NCBI GenBank assembly: GCA_964633995.1
Contig: CAZWKN010000005.1
Location: 920-64,919, forward strand
Direction of reading: 5' to 3'
From: an uncultured Gammaproteobacteria bacterium
Lineage (GTDB): Bacteria > Patescibacteriota > Microgenomatia > CAZETR01 > Amesbacteraceae
Length of the DNA stretch: 64,000 nucleotides
The translations under genes and the position numbers were made by a program. Positions 9,709-19,737 of the stretch are shown in pieces (position 1 is the stretch's first letter; the number at the start of each line of letters is the position of its first letter). The notes under the pieces are model-generated. The model saw only the letters and a program-made list of their open reading frames with translations, did not search any database and was not told the origin of the DNA.

Positions 9709-10310
9709 CCACCCAAGAAAAAATTACTGCATTACAAGAGATAGCTTCGGAAATAATCTCATTTAAAGGCCTTGTTATAGCCAAAAATGCCCTTCATCCC
9801 GTGCCGGGAGAGGGTGATCCCGACGCCGATATTTTAATGATTGGTGAAGCCCCTGGAGAGTTGGAAGACAAAACCGGCCGACCTTTTGTGGGCAGATCAG
9901 GTCAACTAATGAGAACAACCCTTACCGAGGTAACGGGTATAACTCCAAACGAAGTTTTTATCACCAATATTGTTAAATACCGTCCCCCAGAGAACCGGGA
10001 TCCTACCGACGAAGAAATATTAGCATGTAAAAACTGGTTAGATCGTCAAATTCAAATCATTAAGCCTCAGGTTATTGTAACTCTAGGTCGTTTTAGTATG
10101 GCCAAATTCATTTCCGGTATCACCATATCCAGAATCCATGGCCAACCCAGAATTGTAGACTTCTATGGGGTACGTTATACTGTACTTCCAATGTATCATC
10201 CGGCCGCTGCGCTTAGGGGTACTACTGTGTTAAACGAGTTCAAAGCAGATTTCCAAAAACTCACAGGATTACTAAAGCCAAGGGCTTCCACCCAAACAAG
10301 CCTTTTTTAA
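9705..10310 (+). CDS. Uracil-DNA glycosylase, family 4
   Basis: Motif A GEAPGELEDKTGRPFVGRSGQLM and motif B HPAAALR. 201 aa. Confidence 0.85.
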   Translation: MTTQEKITALQEIASEIISFKGLVIAKNALHPVPGEGDPDADILMIGEAPGELEDKTGRPFVGRSGQLMRTTLTEVTGITPNEVFITNIVKYRPPENRDPTDEEILACKNWLDRQIQIIKPQVIVTLGRFSMAKFISGITISRIHGQPRIVDFYGVRYTVLPMYHPAAALRGTTVLNEFKADFQKLTGLLKPRASTQTSLF

Positions 10311-10313
10311 ATT

Positions 10314-11996
10314 ATGCAGTTTATTAATTCAAAACCCAAAAAACCAATACTAAGAATTCTCTCGCTAGGGGGGTTTGGTCGGGTTACCTCAAACATGTTT
10401 GTATATGAGTATGGCTCGGACGTGTTGCTCGTGGATTGTGGCATGGGGTTTCCAACCGAAGACATGTTAGGCGTGGACATTCTCATTCCAGACATAACAT
10501 ATCTCAACCATAAATTGCCAAATATTCGCGGTTTGGTTATCACTCACGGCCACGAAGATCACACTGGAGCACTTCCGTACATACTCCCCCAGCTAGGCAA
10601 TATTCCTATCTATGCTTCAAAACTGACGGCCGCCCTCATTATGGAAAAACTAGCCGACTATCAAAATATGCCCAAAAAAGTCAACGAGCTAATACCAGGA
10701 AACCCTCTAAAATTGGGCGTATTCACGGTTGAGTCAGTTAGAATATCGCATTCAATTCCCGATGCCACTAATTTAATTATTTCAACCCCAGAAGGGACGA
10801 TATATCACGGCAGCGATTTTAAATTTGATTTTACGCCAGTAGACGGCGTACTCCCTGACGTCGGTCGTATCGCACAGGCTGGTAATTCCGGAGTCCAGTT
10901 GTTATTTTCAGATTCGCTTGGTAGTGAGCGCAGAGGATTGACCCCGTCTGAAAAAACGCTCACTGATACCTTTGAAAGAGAAATTGCGTCGTGCCAAGGC
11001 AAATTCATCATGACCACAATGAGTAGCAATATCAGCAGGTTCAGACAAGCCGCTGAGACCGCCATTCGACATGGTAGGAGAATCGCCATTTCCGGTAGAA
11101 GCATAGAAAGAAACATTCAAGTCGCAACCCGATTGGGGTACTTAAATTTACCTAAAAACGCATTCATAGAATTAAAAGATATCAAAAAACTTCCTCCCAA
11201 AAACATATGCATTCTTATAGCCGGTTCCCAAGCTCAACCCGGATCGGCTCTTGAGAGAGTGGCCACCCAGGATCACAAAGATATTAACCTGGATCCGGGA
11301 GATAAGGTGGTCTTTTCTTCCGACTATATCCCAGGCAATGAAAGCGCTGTTCAGGCCCTGATAGATTCTTTAGCCCGTTTGGGGGCCACTGTAGTTTACT
11401 CTGGACTTATGGACAATTTGCACGTCTCTGGTCATGGTAGCCAGCAGGATTTGCTTCTAATGATGGCTCTTGTCAAGCCTAAATTTTTAATTCCCATCGG
11501 TGGAACATATCGCCATATGGTTCAGTATTCCCACCTAGCCCAATCTATGGGCTACACACCCGATAGGATTTTATTACCCAGTTACAATCAAACAATTGAG
11601 GTCTCAAGTGGTCAGGTCACTCTCGGTCCAACAGTAGAAGTCAAAAATGTTATGGTTGACGGTTTGGGTGTGGGCGACGTAGGCAGCGTTGTTTTAAGGG
11701 ATCGTCAACATCTGGCCGAAGAGGGAGTGTTGGTTGTTGTGTTGGAGTTAGACCAAAACGACCTAAGCCATTTGACAGATGTAGAGTTAATCAGTCGGGG
11801 CTTTGTCTTTGACCGCCAAAACACTGGCCTGTTAAATGAGGCCTCTCAGCTTGTTAAGCAAACTTTCCTCAACAAAAAAGGAAAAATCGAGTCCGATCGT
11901 CACGCCAAGTTGTTAGTTGCCGATACCCTGGAGCGTTTCCTTTTTGACCGCACCCACCGCCGCCCCATGGTCCTCCCTGTTGTTGTTGAAGTATAA
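10314..11996 (+). CDS. rnj: Ribonuclease J (metallo-beta-lactamase/beta-CASP)
   Basis: VITHGHEDHTGALPYIL (HxHxDH motif), beta-CASP region and C-terminal domain. 560 aa. Confidence 0.9.
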   Translation: MQFINSKPKKPILRILSLGGFGRVTSNMFVYEYGSDVLLVDCGMGFPTEDMLGVDILIPDITYLNHKLPNIRGLVITHGHEDHTGALPYILPQLGNIPIYASKLTAALIMEKLADYQNMPKKVNELIPGNPLKLGVFTVESVRISHSIPDATNLIISTPEGTIYHGSDFKFDFTPVDGVLPDVGRIAQAGNSGVQLLFSDSLGSERRGLTPSEKTLTDTFEREIASCQGKFIMTTMSSNISRFRQAAETAIRHGRRIAISGRSIERNIQVATRLGYLNLPKNAFIELKDIKKLPPKNICILIAGSQAQPGSALERVATQDHKDINLDPGDKVVFSSDYIPGNESAVQALIDSLARLGATVVYSGLMDNLHVSGHGSQQDLLLMMALVKPKFLIPIGGTYRHMVQYSHLAQSMGYTPDRILLPSYNQTIEVSSGQVTLGPTVEVKNVMVDGLGVGDVGSVVLRDRQHLAEEGVLVVVLELDQNDLSHLTDVELISRGFVFDRQNTGLLNEASQLVKQTFLNKKGKIESDRHAKLLVADTLERFLFDRTHRRPMVLPVVVEV

Positions 11997-12004
11997 TATC
12001 TCCG

Positions 12005-14125
12005 ATGCCCGCAAAACGCTCTCTCCTTGGTCGAAAAAAACATCAATTGCGTCTCAAAAAAACCACAGTTAATTCTATTGGGGCCATAATGCTCTTTGGG
12101 TTGGCGGGTTTAGTCTGGGTTTCGTTCATCCGTCAAGGACTTCTTCTAGTCAAGGTAAACAATCTATTAATGCTCCATTTTGGGTTAGTCCCACTTCTTT
12201 TTCTACCCTTTCCGTTTATTGTCGGTGGGTTGATGATTACCAAATTCAAGTCTTCTTTGGCAGAGCCAAACGTGTTTGCGGGCAGCCTCGTTGTCCTGGC
12301 CGTTTTAACGGGCTTGTTTCACCAGGGAGATTTAGGTGCAGAGTTTTGGCGCAGCACCTCCGCACTTTTGTCTCCAGTGGGCTCGTTTTTATTCTTACTT
12401 GTTGGTCTTGCAGTTGGTTTGATAATCATGTTTAACGTCCCCTTTGAGGATGTTATTGGGTTTATTGTAAAACTTTTCACTTTTGAAAAGAAAAGTCCTA
12501 CTGCTATTTCACCCAAGCCCATCAAAATGTCTGGCATGGCAGTATCCAATCCATCTATCCCCACCCCTATCCGTCAATCAGAAATCAAAACTACAGGCAT
12601 TGGTACAAAACCAACTAAAAATTCTCCTACCCAACTATCTATTCCATCTGCACCATCTGCCGCCTCCGATTCTGTCTGGCATTATCCCTCCATGGCCCTT
12701 TTATCGGAAAACATCTCAGGGAAAGCGGATCGTGGGAACGTAAACAATAATGCAGACATAATCGAGAAGACTTTAGATGCGTTTGGTATCACTGCCAAGG
12801 TAGTCGAAGTAAATCTTGGTCCGGCGGTTACTCAATATGCTCTCGAGGTGGCAATTGGTACCAAGCTCTCAAAGATAAACGCATTAAGTAATGACTTAGC
12901 CCTCGCCCTAGCGGCACCTACTGGCCAAATTCGGATCGAAGCACCTATACCAGGTAGATCGCTCGTGGGCATAGAACTCCCGAATCGTACTCCGGAGTTT
13001 GTCAGCTTAAGAAAAATTTTAGATTCTGACGCCTTTAAACACCATAAAAGCAAGCTCTCTGTTGCTCTCGGTTTGGATGTGTCCGGAAGTGCAATCGTTG
13101 CCGATATTGCCAAGATGCCCCACATTCTCATTGCAGGATCTACTGGTTCAGGTAAATCGGTTTGTATTAATGCTTTTATTGCCTCGCTACTTTTCCGTTG
13201 TAGCCCCCAGGAGTTAAATCTCATCATGGTCGATCCCAAGCGGGTCGAGTTAACAGGCTATAACGGCATTCCGCATTTGTTAAGTCCGGTCATAGTTGAA
13301 CCAGACAAGGTTCTATCTGCTCTCAAGTGGGCAACCGGGGAGATGGATCGCAGATATAAATTATTCGCCGAGGTCGGAGTCAGAAATTTGGAAGCCTATA
13401 ACGACCTTTCCGGCTTTCAGGCTCTACCCTACATAGTTATTCTGATCGATGAATTGGCAGATATCATGCTCTTTGCCCCCGTTGAAGTGGAAGATGCCAT
13501 AACTCGTATAGCTCAAATGGCCAGAGCCACGGGTATTCATTTGGTAATTGCCACTCAACGTCCGTCAGTCGATGTAATAACCGGCCTTATTAAAGCAAAC
13601 ATCCCCGCCCGCATGGCTTTTGCAGTCTCATCAATGATTGATTCGCGTGTCATCATCGACCAACCTGGCGCTGAGAAACTCCTTGGTCGGGGCGATATGT
13701 TGTACGTTCCGCCCGATCAGGCAAAACCAAGTCGTATTCAAGGTGCATTTGTCTCCGACAAAGAAATACACCAACTTATCGACTTTATAAAAAAACAGGG
13801 CATTGCTCCACATTACACCGAAGAAGTTCTCACTCAACAAATTTCGACCGGCAAGCGCGGGGCCAATCGTGGATCATCGTTTATTGCCCCCAATGGAGAT
13901 AGTAGGGATGAGCTGTTTGAACCAGCACTTCGAGTTATTGTCCAAAACAACAACGCCTCAGCATCGTTTTTACAAAGAAAACTTAGTGTTGGTTATGCAA
14001 GGGCAGCAAAAATCCTTGACGAGCTACAAGCCGCCGGGGCTATTGGACCTGCCAACGGTGCAAAACCCAGAGATATTCTCATCAACGATGTTACTGGTTT
14101 CTTAACTCCCCCGGCATCGGGATAG
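12005..14125 (+). CDS. ftsK: DNA translocase FtsK/SpoIIIE
   Basis: N-terminal TM helices, then linker and motor domain with Walker A GSTGSGKSVCIN and Walker B IVILIDELAD. C-terminal winged-helix gamma domain. Confidence 0.9.
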   Translation: MPAKRSLLGRKKHQLRLKKTTVNSIGAIMLFGLAGLVWVSFIRQGLLLVKVNNLLMLHFGLVPLLFLPFPFIVGGLMITKFKSSLAEPNVFAGSLVVLAVLTGLFHQGDLGAEFWRSTSALLSPVGSFLFLLVGLAVGLIIMFNVPFEDVIGFIVKLFTFEKKSPTAISPKPIKMSGMAVSNPSIPTPIRQSEIKTTGIGTKPTKNSPTQLSIPSAPSAASDSVWHYPSMALLSENISGKADRGNVNNNADIIEKTLDAFGITAKVVEVNLGPAVTQYALEVAIGTKLSKINALSNDLALALAAPTGQIRIEAPIPGRSLVGIELPNRTPEFVSLRKILDSDAFKHHKSKLSVALGLDVSGSAIVADIAKMPHILIAGSTGSGKSVCINAFIASLLFRCSPQELNLIMVDPKRVELTGYNGIPHLLSPVIVEPDKVLSALKWATGEMDRRYKLFAEVGVRNLEAYNDLSGFQALPYIVILIDELADIMLFAPVEVEDAITRIAQMARATGIHLVIATQRPSVDVITGLIKANIPARMAFAVSSMIDSRVIIDQPGAEKLLGRGDMLYVPPDQAKPSRIQGAFVSDKEIHQLIDFIKKQGIAPHYTEEVLTQQISTGKRGANRGSSFIAPNGDSRDELFEPALRVIVQNNNASASFLQRKLSVGYARAAKILDELQAAGAIGPANGAKPRDILINDVTGFLTPPASG

Positions 14126-14146
14126 GCTGTGGTAACATGACATCAA

Positions 14147-14788
14147 ATGAAGACCACAGGACAAATTCTTCAGGCCGCCAGGGTAAGATCGTTGCAGGAT
14201 CTTTCGGAGATTTCCAAAATAACCAAAATTCGTGAACAGTTTTTACAAGCCCTGGAGTCGGATGATTATTCGGTACTACCCAGTGGTACTGTCGCCAGGG
14301 GATTTATTAAAAATTACAGTACTTTTTTGGGCCTGAATCCAGATTATGTATTAGCGATTTTCCGCCGTGATTTTGTAGAAAATGCCAGTGGGCAAATAGT
14401 GCCAAGGGGTATGGTTGAATCCGTTTCCAAGGTAAGCTTTTGGACTCCAAAATCTACCATCTTCCTTTTTGTTATTTGTATTTTCACCCTATTTTTGGGT
14501 TATCTTTTTTTTCAGTATCGCACATTAACTGGCCCACCAGCGTTAAAAATTATTTCTCCCAGTAATGGTTATACAACCAGCGAAGACACTGTAGAAGTAA
14601 TAGGAATTACAGATCCTGAGGCGACTATTTCAGTTGCCAATCAATTGGTTGCACTGGATAAAGGCGGTCGTTTTTCGTTTCGCGTTCCCTTGAAACCCGG
14701 TCACAACACCATTGCCGTGGTTGCAATTGGCAAGTCAAAAAAAACAGCAACAATTGAACGGGATGTCAACTTGACAACAAGTCCATAA
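14147..14788 (+). CDS. rodZ: RodZ-like cytoskeleton protein (HTH-XRE N-domain, single TM, C-terminal beta domain)
   Basis: TGQILQAARVRSLQDLSEIS...LESDDYSVLP...GFIKNYSTFLGL is a RodZ-like HTH. It is followed by a TM helix and an extracytoplasmic domain. Confidence 0.65.
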   Translation: MKTTGQILQAARVRSLQDLSEISKITKIREQFLQALESDDYSVLPSGTVARGFIKNYSTFLGLNPDYVLAIFRRDFVENASGQIVPRGMVESVSKVSFWTPKSTIFLFVICIFTLFLGYLFFQYRTLTGPPALKIISPSNGYTTSEDTVEVIGITDPEATISVANQLVALDKGGRFSFRVPLKPGHNTIAVVAIGKSKKTATIERDVNLTTSP

Positions 14789-14814
14789 AACCTATAACCT
14801 ATACCAATCAAGCA

Positions 14815-15162
14815 ATGACGACTTTCGTTCAATTATTGATGGGGATAGTTATTACCACTATGACATTTTTGGTTGCAGTGGTTGGCATTCAGGTATTTCA
14901 CATACTCCATGAATTTCGGATACTGCTTCAAAAAACCAATCGAATTTTGGATAATACTCAAACATTGTCGGAAGCCAGTGCTAAGCCAATCGCAGCCGTA
15001 AATGAGTTTTTTTCCGAGGTCAAGGATTTGGTCAACACAACCCAGGATGAAATCATAAATCAAACTCCTGACAGGGTTATTCAACCCGTAACTCGCACTC
15101 CGCAACATATTTCCAAATCCCATTTCTTCAGACGATCTGGCCTTCCTCTTCGACCTTCATAA
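14815..15162 (+). CDS. Hypothetical membrane-anchored protein (N-terminal TM plus predicted helical region)
   Basis: 115 aa with a hydrophobic N-terminus. Confidence 0.4.
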   Translation: MTTFVQLLMGIVITTMTFLVAVVGIQVFHILHEFRILLQKTNRILDNTQTLSEASAKPIAAVNEFFSEVKDLVNTTQDEIINQTPDRVIQPVTRTPQHISKSHFFRRSGLPLRPS

Positions 15163-15189
15163 TCATTACCTTGAGGTATAATTATTCAC

Positions 15190-16941
15190 ATGCTTTCAGG
15201 TAACGCTATTCGTGCAAAATATTTAGCTTTTTTTAAAAGCAAGGGCCATGCTGTAATTCCTTCGGCTCCACTGGTCCCGGAAAACGACCCCACAACCCTC
15301 TTTACAGGCTCCGGCATGCAACCCATGCTACCGTTTTTATTAGGTCAGCCATACCCACATGGCTTAACTCGTCTTGTGGATTCTCAAAAATGTTTCCGCG
15401 CCCAGGACATAGAAGAAGTTGGAGATAATAGACACGACACTTTTTTTGAAATGCTCGGCAATTGGTCCTTGGGGGATTACTTCAAGCAAGAGCAGTTAGC
15501 GTGGTTTTATGAGTTCTTAACCACCGAACTTTCCCTCCCCAGCGACAAGTTATATGTTTCATGTTTTATCGGCAACTCAGAGATACCAAAAGACGAAGAA
15601 GCAGCAAATATATGGAAAAAGTTAGGCATAAAAGAAGATCATATTTTCTATTACGACACGAAAAAAAATTGGTGGGCCAGATCAAACTATGAATCAATGC
15701 CAAATGGTGAACCCGGCGGTCCCGATTCAGAGGTCTTTTTTGACTTCGGCACCCAACATGATTCTAGTTTTGGTGACATCTGTCACCCCAATTGTGATTG
15801 TGGACGTTTTATGGAAATAGGCAACAGCGTGTTTATGACTTACCAAAAAACCTCATTAGGATTTATTCCGTTAGAAAAGAAAAATATTGATTTTGGTGGT
15901 GGACTTGAGCGTCTTACAGCAGCAGTAAACAATAACCCAGATATTTTTAAAACAGATCTCTTTTTAGGGATTATTCAATATCTAGAGACTTGTTCCCTTA
16001 AAAAATATTCAGACAACGCCCCCGCTATGCGGATAGTGGCCGACCACCTCAGAGCGTCTGCCTTTTTAATTTCAGACGGGATTTTTCCATCCAACAAAGC
16101 TCAGGGTTACTTTTTAAGACGTTTGCTTCGACGTGTTTTGGTAAAGCTTCAACAGCTTGGTATTTCTAACCCCGATTTTACAGCTTTGGTCTCAACTATT
16201 TTTGAAATTTACGCCGACTCTCCTTACTTCAAATCATCCTCAGTCTCAGATGTTTCCAAAGTTATCTCCGAAGAGGCTTCCAAGTTTTCAAAAACTCTTA
16301 CTGATGGGCTTAAAAGAATTGCCAACACTAGCCCCTTTGATCTTTTTCAGACCTTTGGATTCCCTCCTGAGGTAACAGAAGAATTGTTAAAGCAACAGGG
16401 CAAAACCTTGGATTGGGATGAATTTAACAAACACAAAGCGCTACATCAGGAGCTATCTCGCACGGCAGGCAAGGGTATGTTTAAAGGAGGCCTTCAAGAT
16501 CAATCTGAAATTACTACCAAATATCACACCGCCACTCACCTTATACACGCGGCTCTCAGACAAATTTTGGGGACTCGTGTCCAGCAAAAAGGAAGCAATA
16601 TAACATCAGAAAGACTCCGGTTCGATTTTTCCCACGATTCAAAAATGACTGAATCACAAATTCGCGAAGTTGAAACTCTGGTCAATCAAAAAATCGCGGA
16701 AGATATTCCTGTCACAAAAATTGAAATGAACAAATCTCAGGCTATTGCAGAAGGCGCAATGGCTTTTTTTCCAGAAAAATATCCTGATATCACCAACGTA
16801 TATTCTATTGGTAAATTCTCAAAGGAACTTTGTGGTGGACCCCATGTTCATTCGACAGGGGAAGTGGGACGTATTAAGATAATAAAGGAAGAATCCGCTG
16901 GAGCCGGAGTTCGTCGTATTTATGCATCTGCCCTTCTTTAA
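15190..16941 (+). CDS. alaS: Alanyl-tRNA synthetase, truncated form (catalytic plus editing core, no C-terminal linker or C-Ala domain)
   Basis: N-terminal AlaRS class II catalytic motifs (FTGSGMQPMLPF, FEMLGNWSLGDYFK). Editing-domain zinc motifs HTATHLIH and CGGPHV lie near the C-terminus. Only 583 aa. Confidence 0.85.
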   Translation: MLSGNAIRAKYLAFFKSKGHAVIPSAPLVPENDPTTLFTGSGMQPMLPFLLGQPYPHGLTRLVDSQKCFRAQDIEEVGDNRHDTFFEMLGNWSLGDYFKQEQLAWFYEFLTTELSLPSDKLYVSCFIGNSEIPKDEEAANIWKKLGIKEDHIFYYDTKKNWWARSNYESMPNGEPGGPDSEVFFDFGTQHDSSFGDICHPNCDCGRFMEIGNSVFMTYQKTSLGFIPLEKKNIDFGGGLERLTAAVNNNPDIFKTDLFLGIIQYLETCSLKKYSDNAPAMRIVADHLRASAFLISDGIFPSNKAQGYFLRRLLRRVLVKLQQLGISNPDFTALVSTIFEIYADSPYFKSSSVSDVSKVISEEASKFSKTLTDGLKRIANTSPFDLFQTFGFPPEVTEELLKQQGKTLDWDEFNKHKALHQELSRTAGKGMFKGGLQDQSEITTKYHTATHLIHAALRQILGTRVQQKGSNITSERLRFDFSHDSKMTESQIREVETLVNQKIAEDIPVTKIEMNKSQAIAEGAMAFFPEKYPDITNVYSIGKFSKELCGGPHVHSTGEVGRIKIIKEESAGAGVRRIYASALL

Positions 16942-19057
16942 AAAACCAATAACGGCCCCCTCCCGGGAGTATTTTTTTGCGTTGGAAATTGACCATCATG
17001 CCGTAAAAAGTGCAGTCTGGACTGTCGCCAACAGTAAAACCCAAATGGTATCCACTGGAAATGTTGTTGCCTGGGACGACAGATCCATAGACAGTCTCAT
17101 CGAAGCCTGTGACCAAACCTTATCAGACTCGGCCAACCGTCTTGATCCGTCGGGTAAGACCCAGCCGGAAAAAGTCATTCTAGGTCTTCCTTCTGATTGG
17201 ATGGGCGAGGACAAAATAATATCCGACCGACTCAAATACCTTAAGGCCATGACCCAAAAACTATCACTTAACGCAGTAGGTTTTGTAGTCAACCCAGAAG
17301 CTGCAGTCCGCTATATACAATCTATAGACGGAGCGCCTCCAACCGCAATCATAATTGGAGTCTGGGACCATCACTTAGAAATAACATTGGTCCGGCTAGG
17401 AAAAATCGATTCAACAGAATTGATTAGTAGAAGCTCTAAAGTAGTCGACGATGTCGTAGAGGGTCTTTCGAGATTTCCCCAAATCAATATGTTGCCATCC
17501 AGAATATTGTTGTATGATTCCGGCCATAGTCTAGAAGAGATAAAGCAACAATTGCTTGCCCACCCCTGGCAAGCTCCTCAAACCAAGCTTCCGTTTTTAC
17601 ACTTTCCCAAGATAGAATCACTGCCTTCAGATTTTTCAATCCGTGCCATCTCGGTCTCGGGAGGAGTGGAGGTAGCTCGTAGTTTAGGTATAATTGCCGA
17701 TGAACCGACTTCCGTGCCAACCCCAGAACCAAATACTGAACCCACCCCGGAGGAATTGGGTTTTTCCACAGTCGATGTTCCATCGCATCCAGAACCTCCG
17801 GCTCTAGAGCAGGACGATTCTATCAATGAAGAGCCGCCCCGTGTCCCTAAGAACCATTTTAAATTCCAATTCCCCAAATTGCCGTCATTTCCAACACTTC
17901 CAATGATCCGTTTACCATACGCCCCTCTGCTGTTTATTATTGCTTTGGTCATTGCTTCAATAGGGCTACTATTAGCTTATTGGTTGCTACCCAGGGCCTC
18001 GGTGACTCTTATCGTAAATTCCCAGGAACTTTCAGCCGATTTTAATCTGACCGCAGACACCCAAATATCCTCCCCCGATTTATCCAAGCCAAGTTTGCCC
18101 GCTCAGATTGTCGAAGTCTCTGTTTCTGCCGAAAAGTCGACTACTGTTACTGGTTCAAAATTAGTCGGTGACAAAGCCACTGGAACGGTCACAGTGATAA
18201 ATGGCACCTCACAACCCAGAACCTTTTTGGCAGGTAGCGTGCTCTCTTCCCCGTCTGGTCTAAAATTCACTACCGATTCGGACATCTCTGTTGCCTCTGC
18301 ATCGGGAACCGCCGATCCAAACTCCTATCAACCTGGCAAGGCCTCCGTAAAGGTTACTGCGTCGTCGATTGGTACAGATAGCAACCTATCTGCAGGAACC
18401 CAGTTTCGGGTTGGTACCTTTGCGTCATTAGATTATGTCGCTAAAAACGATTCAGCGCTATCAGGAGGAAGTAGCAGGCAGGTTAAGGCTGTGTCCAAAT
18501 CCGATTTAGAAAAACTTCGTTCCGACCTGACAGCTTCATTAAAAGATCAGGCAAAATCAGAATTACAATCAAAAGTTGGTTCCGGTCAAACCCTGGTATC
18601 GGATTCGGTCACATTGCAAACTACCACCGAAAACTTTGATCACAAAGAATCTGAAGAAGCAGACGAAGTTAAATTAAAACTCGTTATTTCAGCCAGAGGC
18701 CTAGTTTTAACCAACGCCGACCTAGCTCCAATTGTCTCAGAACAAATTCGTCCAAAAATACCCGACGGTTTTAGTCTGACCGGGGACCCGAAATTCTCGT
18801 TTACTATTAAGAAAGTAGAAAAAAACACCGCTAACTTAATTGTGCATTCCACAGCTTTTGTTTTGCCCAAGTACGATATTCAAAAAATTATAACTGATAT
18901 CTCAGGAAAAATTCCCAATATTGCAGAAGCATACCTTATCAAACTACCCGCCGTTTCATCTACTCACTTCGAATTTCATCCTAAACTTCCAGATTTTCTA
19001 CTTACCCTTCCCCATCAAGCCAAAAACATTAAGCTCACAATTACACCTGCCCCGTAA
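16922..19057 (+). CDS. Large membrane protein: N-terminal actin-fold (PilM/FtsA-like) domain, one TM helix, and a roughly 370-aa Ser/Thr-rich extracytoplasmic domain
   Basis: N-terminal FFALEIDHHAVKSAVWTV...VILGLPSDW...AVGFVVNPEAAVRYI resembles the PilM/FtsA ATPase fold. TM helix LLFIIALVIASIGLLLAYWLL. No LPXTG motif. Confidence 0.45.
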   Translation: MHLPFFKKPITAPSREYFFALEIDHHAVKSAVWTVANSKTQMVSTGNVVAWDDRSIDSLIEACDQTLSDSANRLDPSGKTQPEKVILGLPSDWMGEDKIISDRLKYLKAMTQKLSLNAVGFVVNPEAAVRYIQSIDGAPPTAIIIGVWDHHLEITLVRLGKIDSTELISRSSKVVDDVVEGLSRFPQINMLPSRILLYDSGHSLEEIKQQLLAHPWQAPQTKLPFLHFPKIESLPSDFSIRAISVSGGVEVARSLGIIADEPTSVPTPEPNTEPTPEELGFSTVDVPSHPEPPALEQDDSINEEPPRVPKNHFKFQFPKLPSFPTLPMIRLPYAPLLFIIALVIASIGLLLAYWLLPRASVTLIVNSQELSADFNLTADTQISSPDLSKPSLPAQIVEVSVSAEKSTTVTGSKLVGDKATGTVTVINGTSQPRTFLAGSVLSSPSGLKFTTDSDISVASASGTADPNSYQPGKASVKVTASSIGTDSNLSAGTQFRVGTFASLDYVAKNDSALSGGSSRQVKAVSKSDLEKLRSDLTASLKDQAKSELQSKVGSGQTLVSDSVTLQTTTENFDHKESEEADEVKLKLVISARGLVLTNADLAPIVSEQIRPKIPDGFSLTGDPKFSFTIKKVEKNTANLIVHSTAFVLPKYDIQKIITDISGKIPNIAEAYLIKLPAVSSTHFEFHPKLPDFLLTLPHQAKNIKLTITPAP

Positions 19058-19732
19058 ATGCTTCGATTCAAATCCAAAAAAATTGCCTTTGTTTTAGTTG
19101 GCCTAGGTTTAACAGCCTGGCTTACAATTTTAGTCCCAATACTCATTCATTATTTGTTCTTTGTTACAATCAATCCATTAACAATTCTTGATCCATCTGC
19201 TTCAGTGTACCCCAATCCTATTGTGTTAAACGTCTTGGGTCTGGCCACCTCGGATTTTACTCAAGCATCTACGTGGTTTGAAAATACTTTACCCCCCCAG
19301 GCTTCAAATTCAGCAGGAACTGTCAAATACTATTCTATTTCAATCCCCAAACTAAAGATGTCTGATGTCTCAGTTGAAGTTTATGGCTCAGATCTTAAAA
19401 AAAACGCCATTCAGTACCCTGGCACCGCCCTTCCTGGTAGTCCAGGTAATCCTGTCGTCTTTGGCCACTCAGCCCTGCCCCAATTTTATCAGGCCCGAAA
19501 TCCGTTAACGATTTTTAACCCATTGACAAAAATTGCTATAGGCGATGAGATACTAGTCAACTATGACGGCATCATCTTTAGATATCGTGTTCGTCAGAAA
19601 CAAGAAGTAACCCCCACCGACATTTATGTCTTAGCCCAGCGCTACGACAAAAGAGAATTGACCTTAATTACATGTGTCCCGCTGGGAACCTATTTTCATC
19701 GGCTGGTTGTTCGTGCCGAACTGATAAACTAA
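19058..19732 (+). CDS. Sortase (transpeptidase)
   Basis: N-terminal TM anchor, conserved His in GNPVVFGHS, catalytic TLITC motif and downstream Arg (RLVVRAEL). Confidence 0.8.
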   Translation: MLRFKSKKIAFVLVGLGLTAWLTILVPILIHYLFFVTINPLTILDPSASVYPNPIVLNVLGLATSDFTQASTWFENTLPPQASNSAGTVKYYSISIPKLKMSDVSVEVYGSDLKKNAIQYPGTALPGSPGNPVVFGHSALPQFYQARNPLTIFNPLTKIAIGDEILVNYDGIIFRYRVRQKQEVTPTDIYVLAQRYDKRELTLITCVPLGTYFHRLVVRAELIN

Positions 19733-19737
19733 CTCAC

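Noticed and set aside
19672-19737. Longer ruvX start at 19672
   Set aside because: It would overlap the sortase by 60 nt and add a Cys-rich non-homologous N-terminus. The conserved RuvX start MNYLGLDYG begins at the ATG at 19738.
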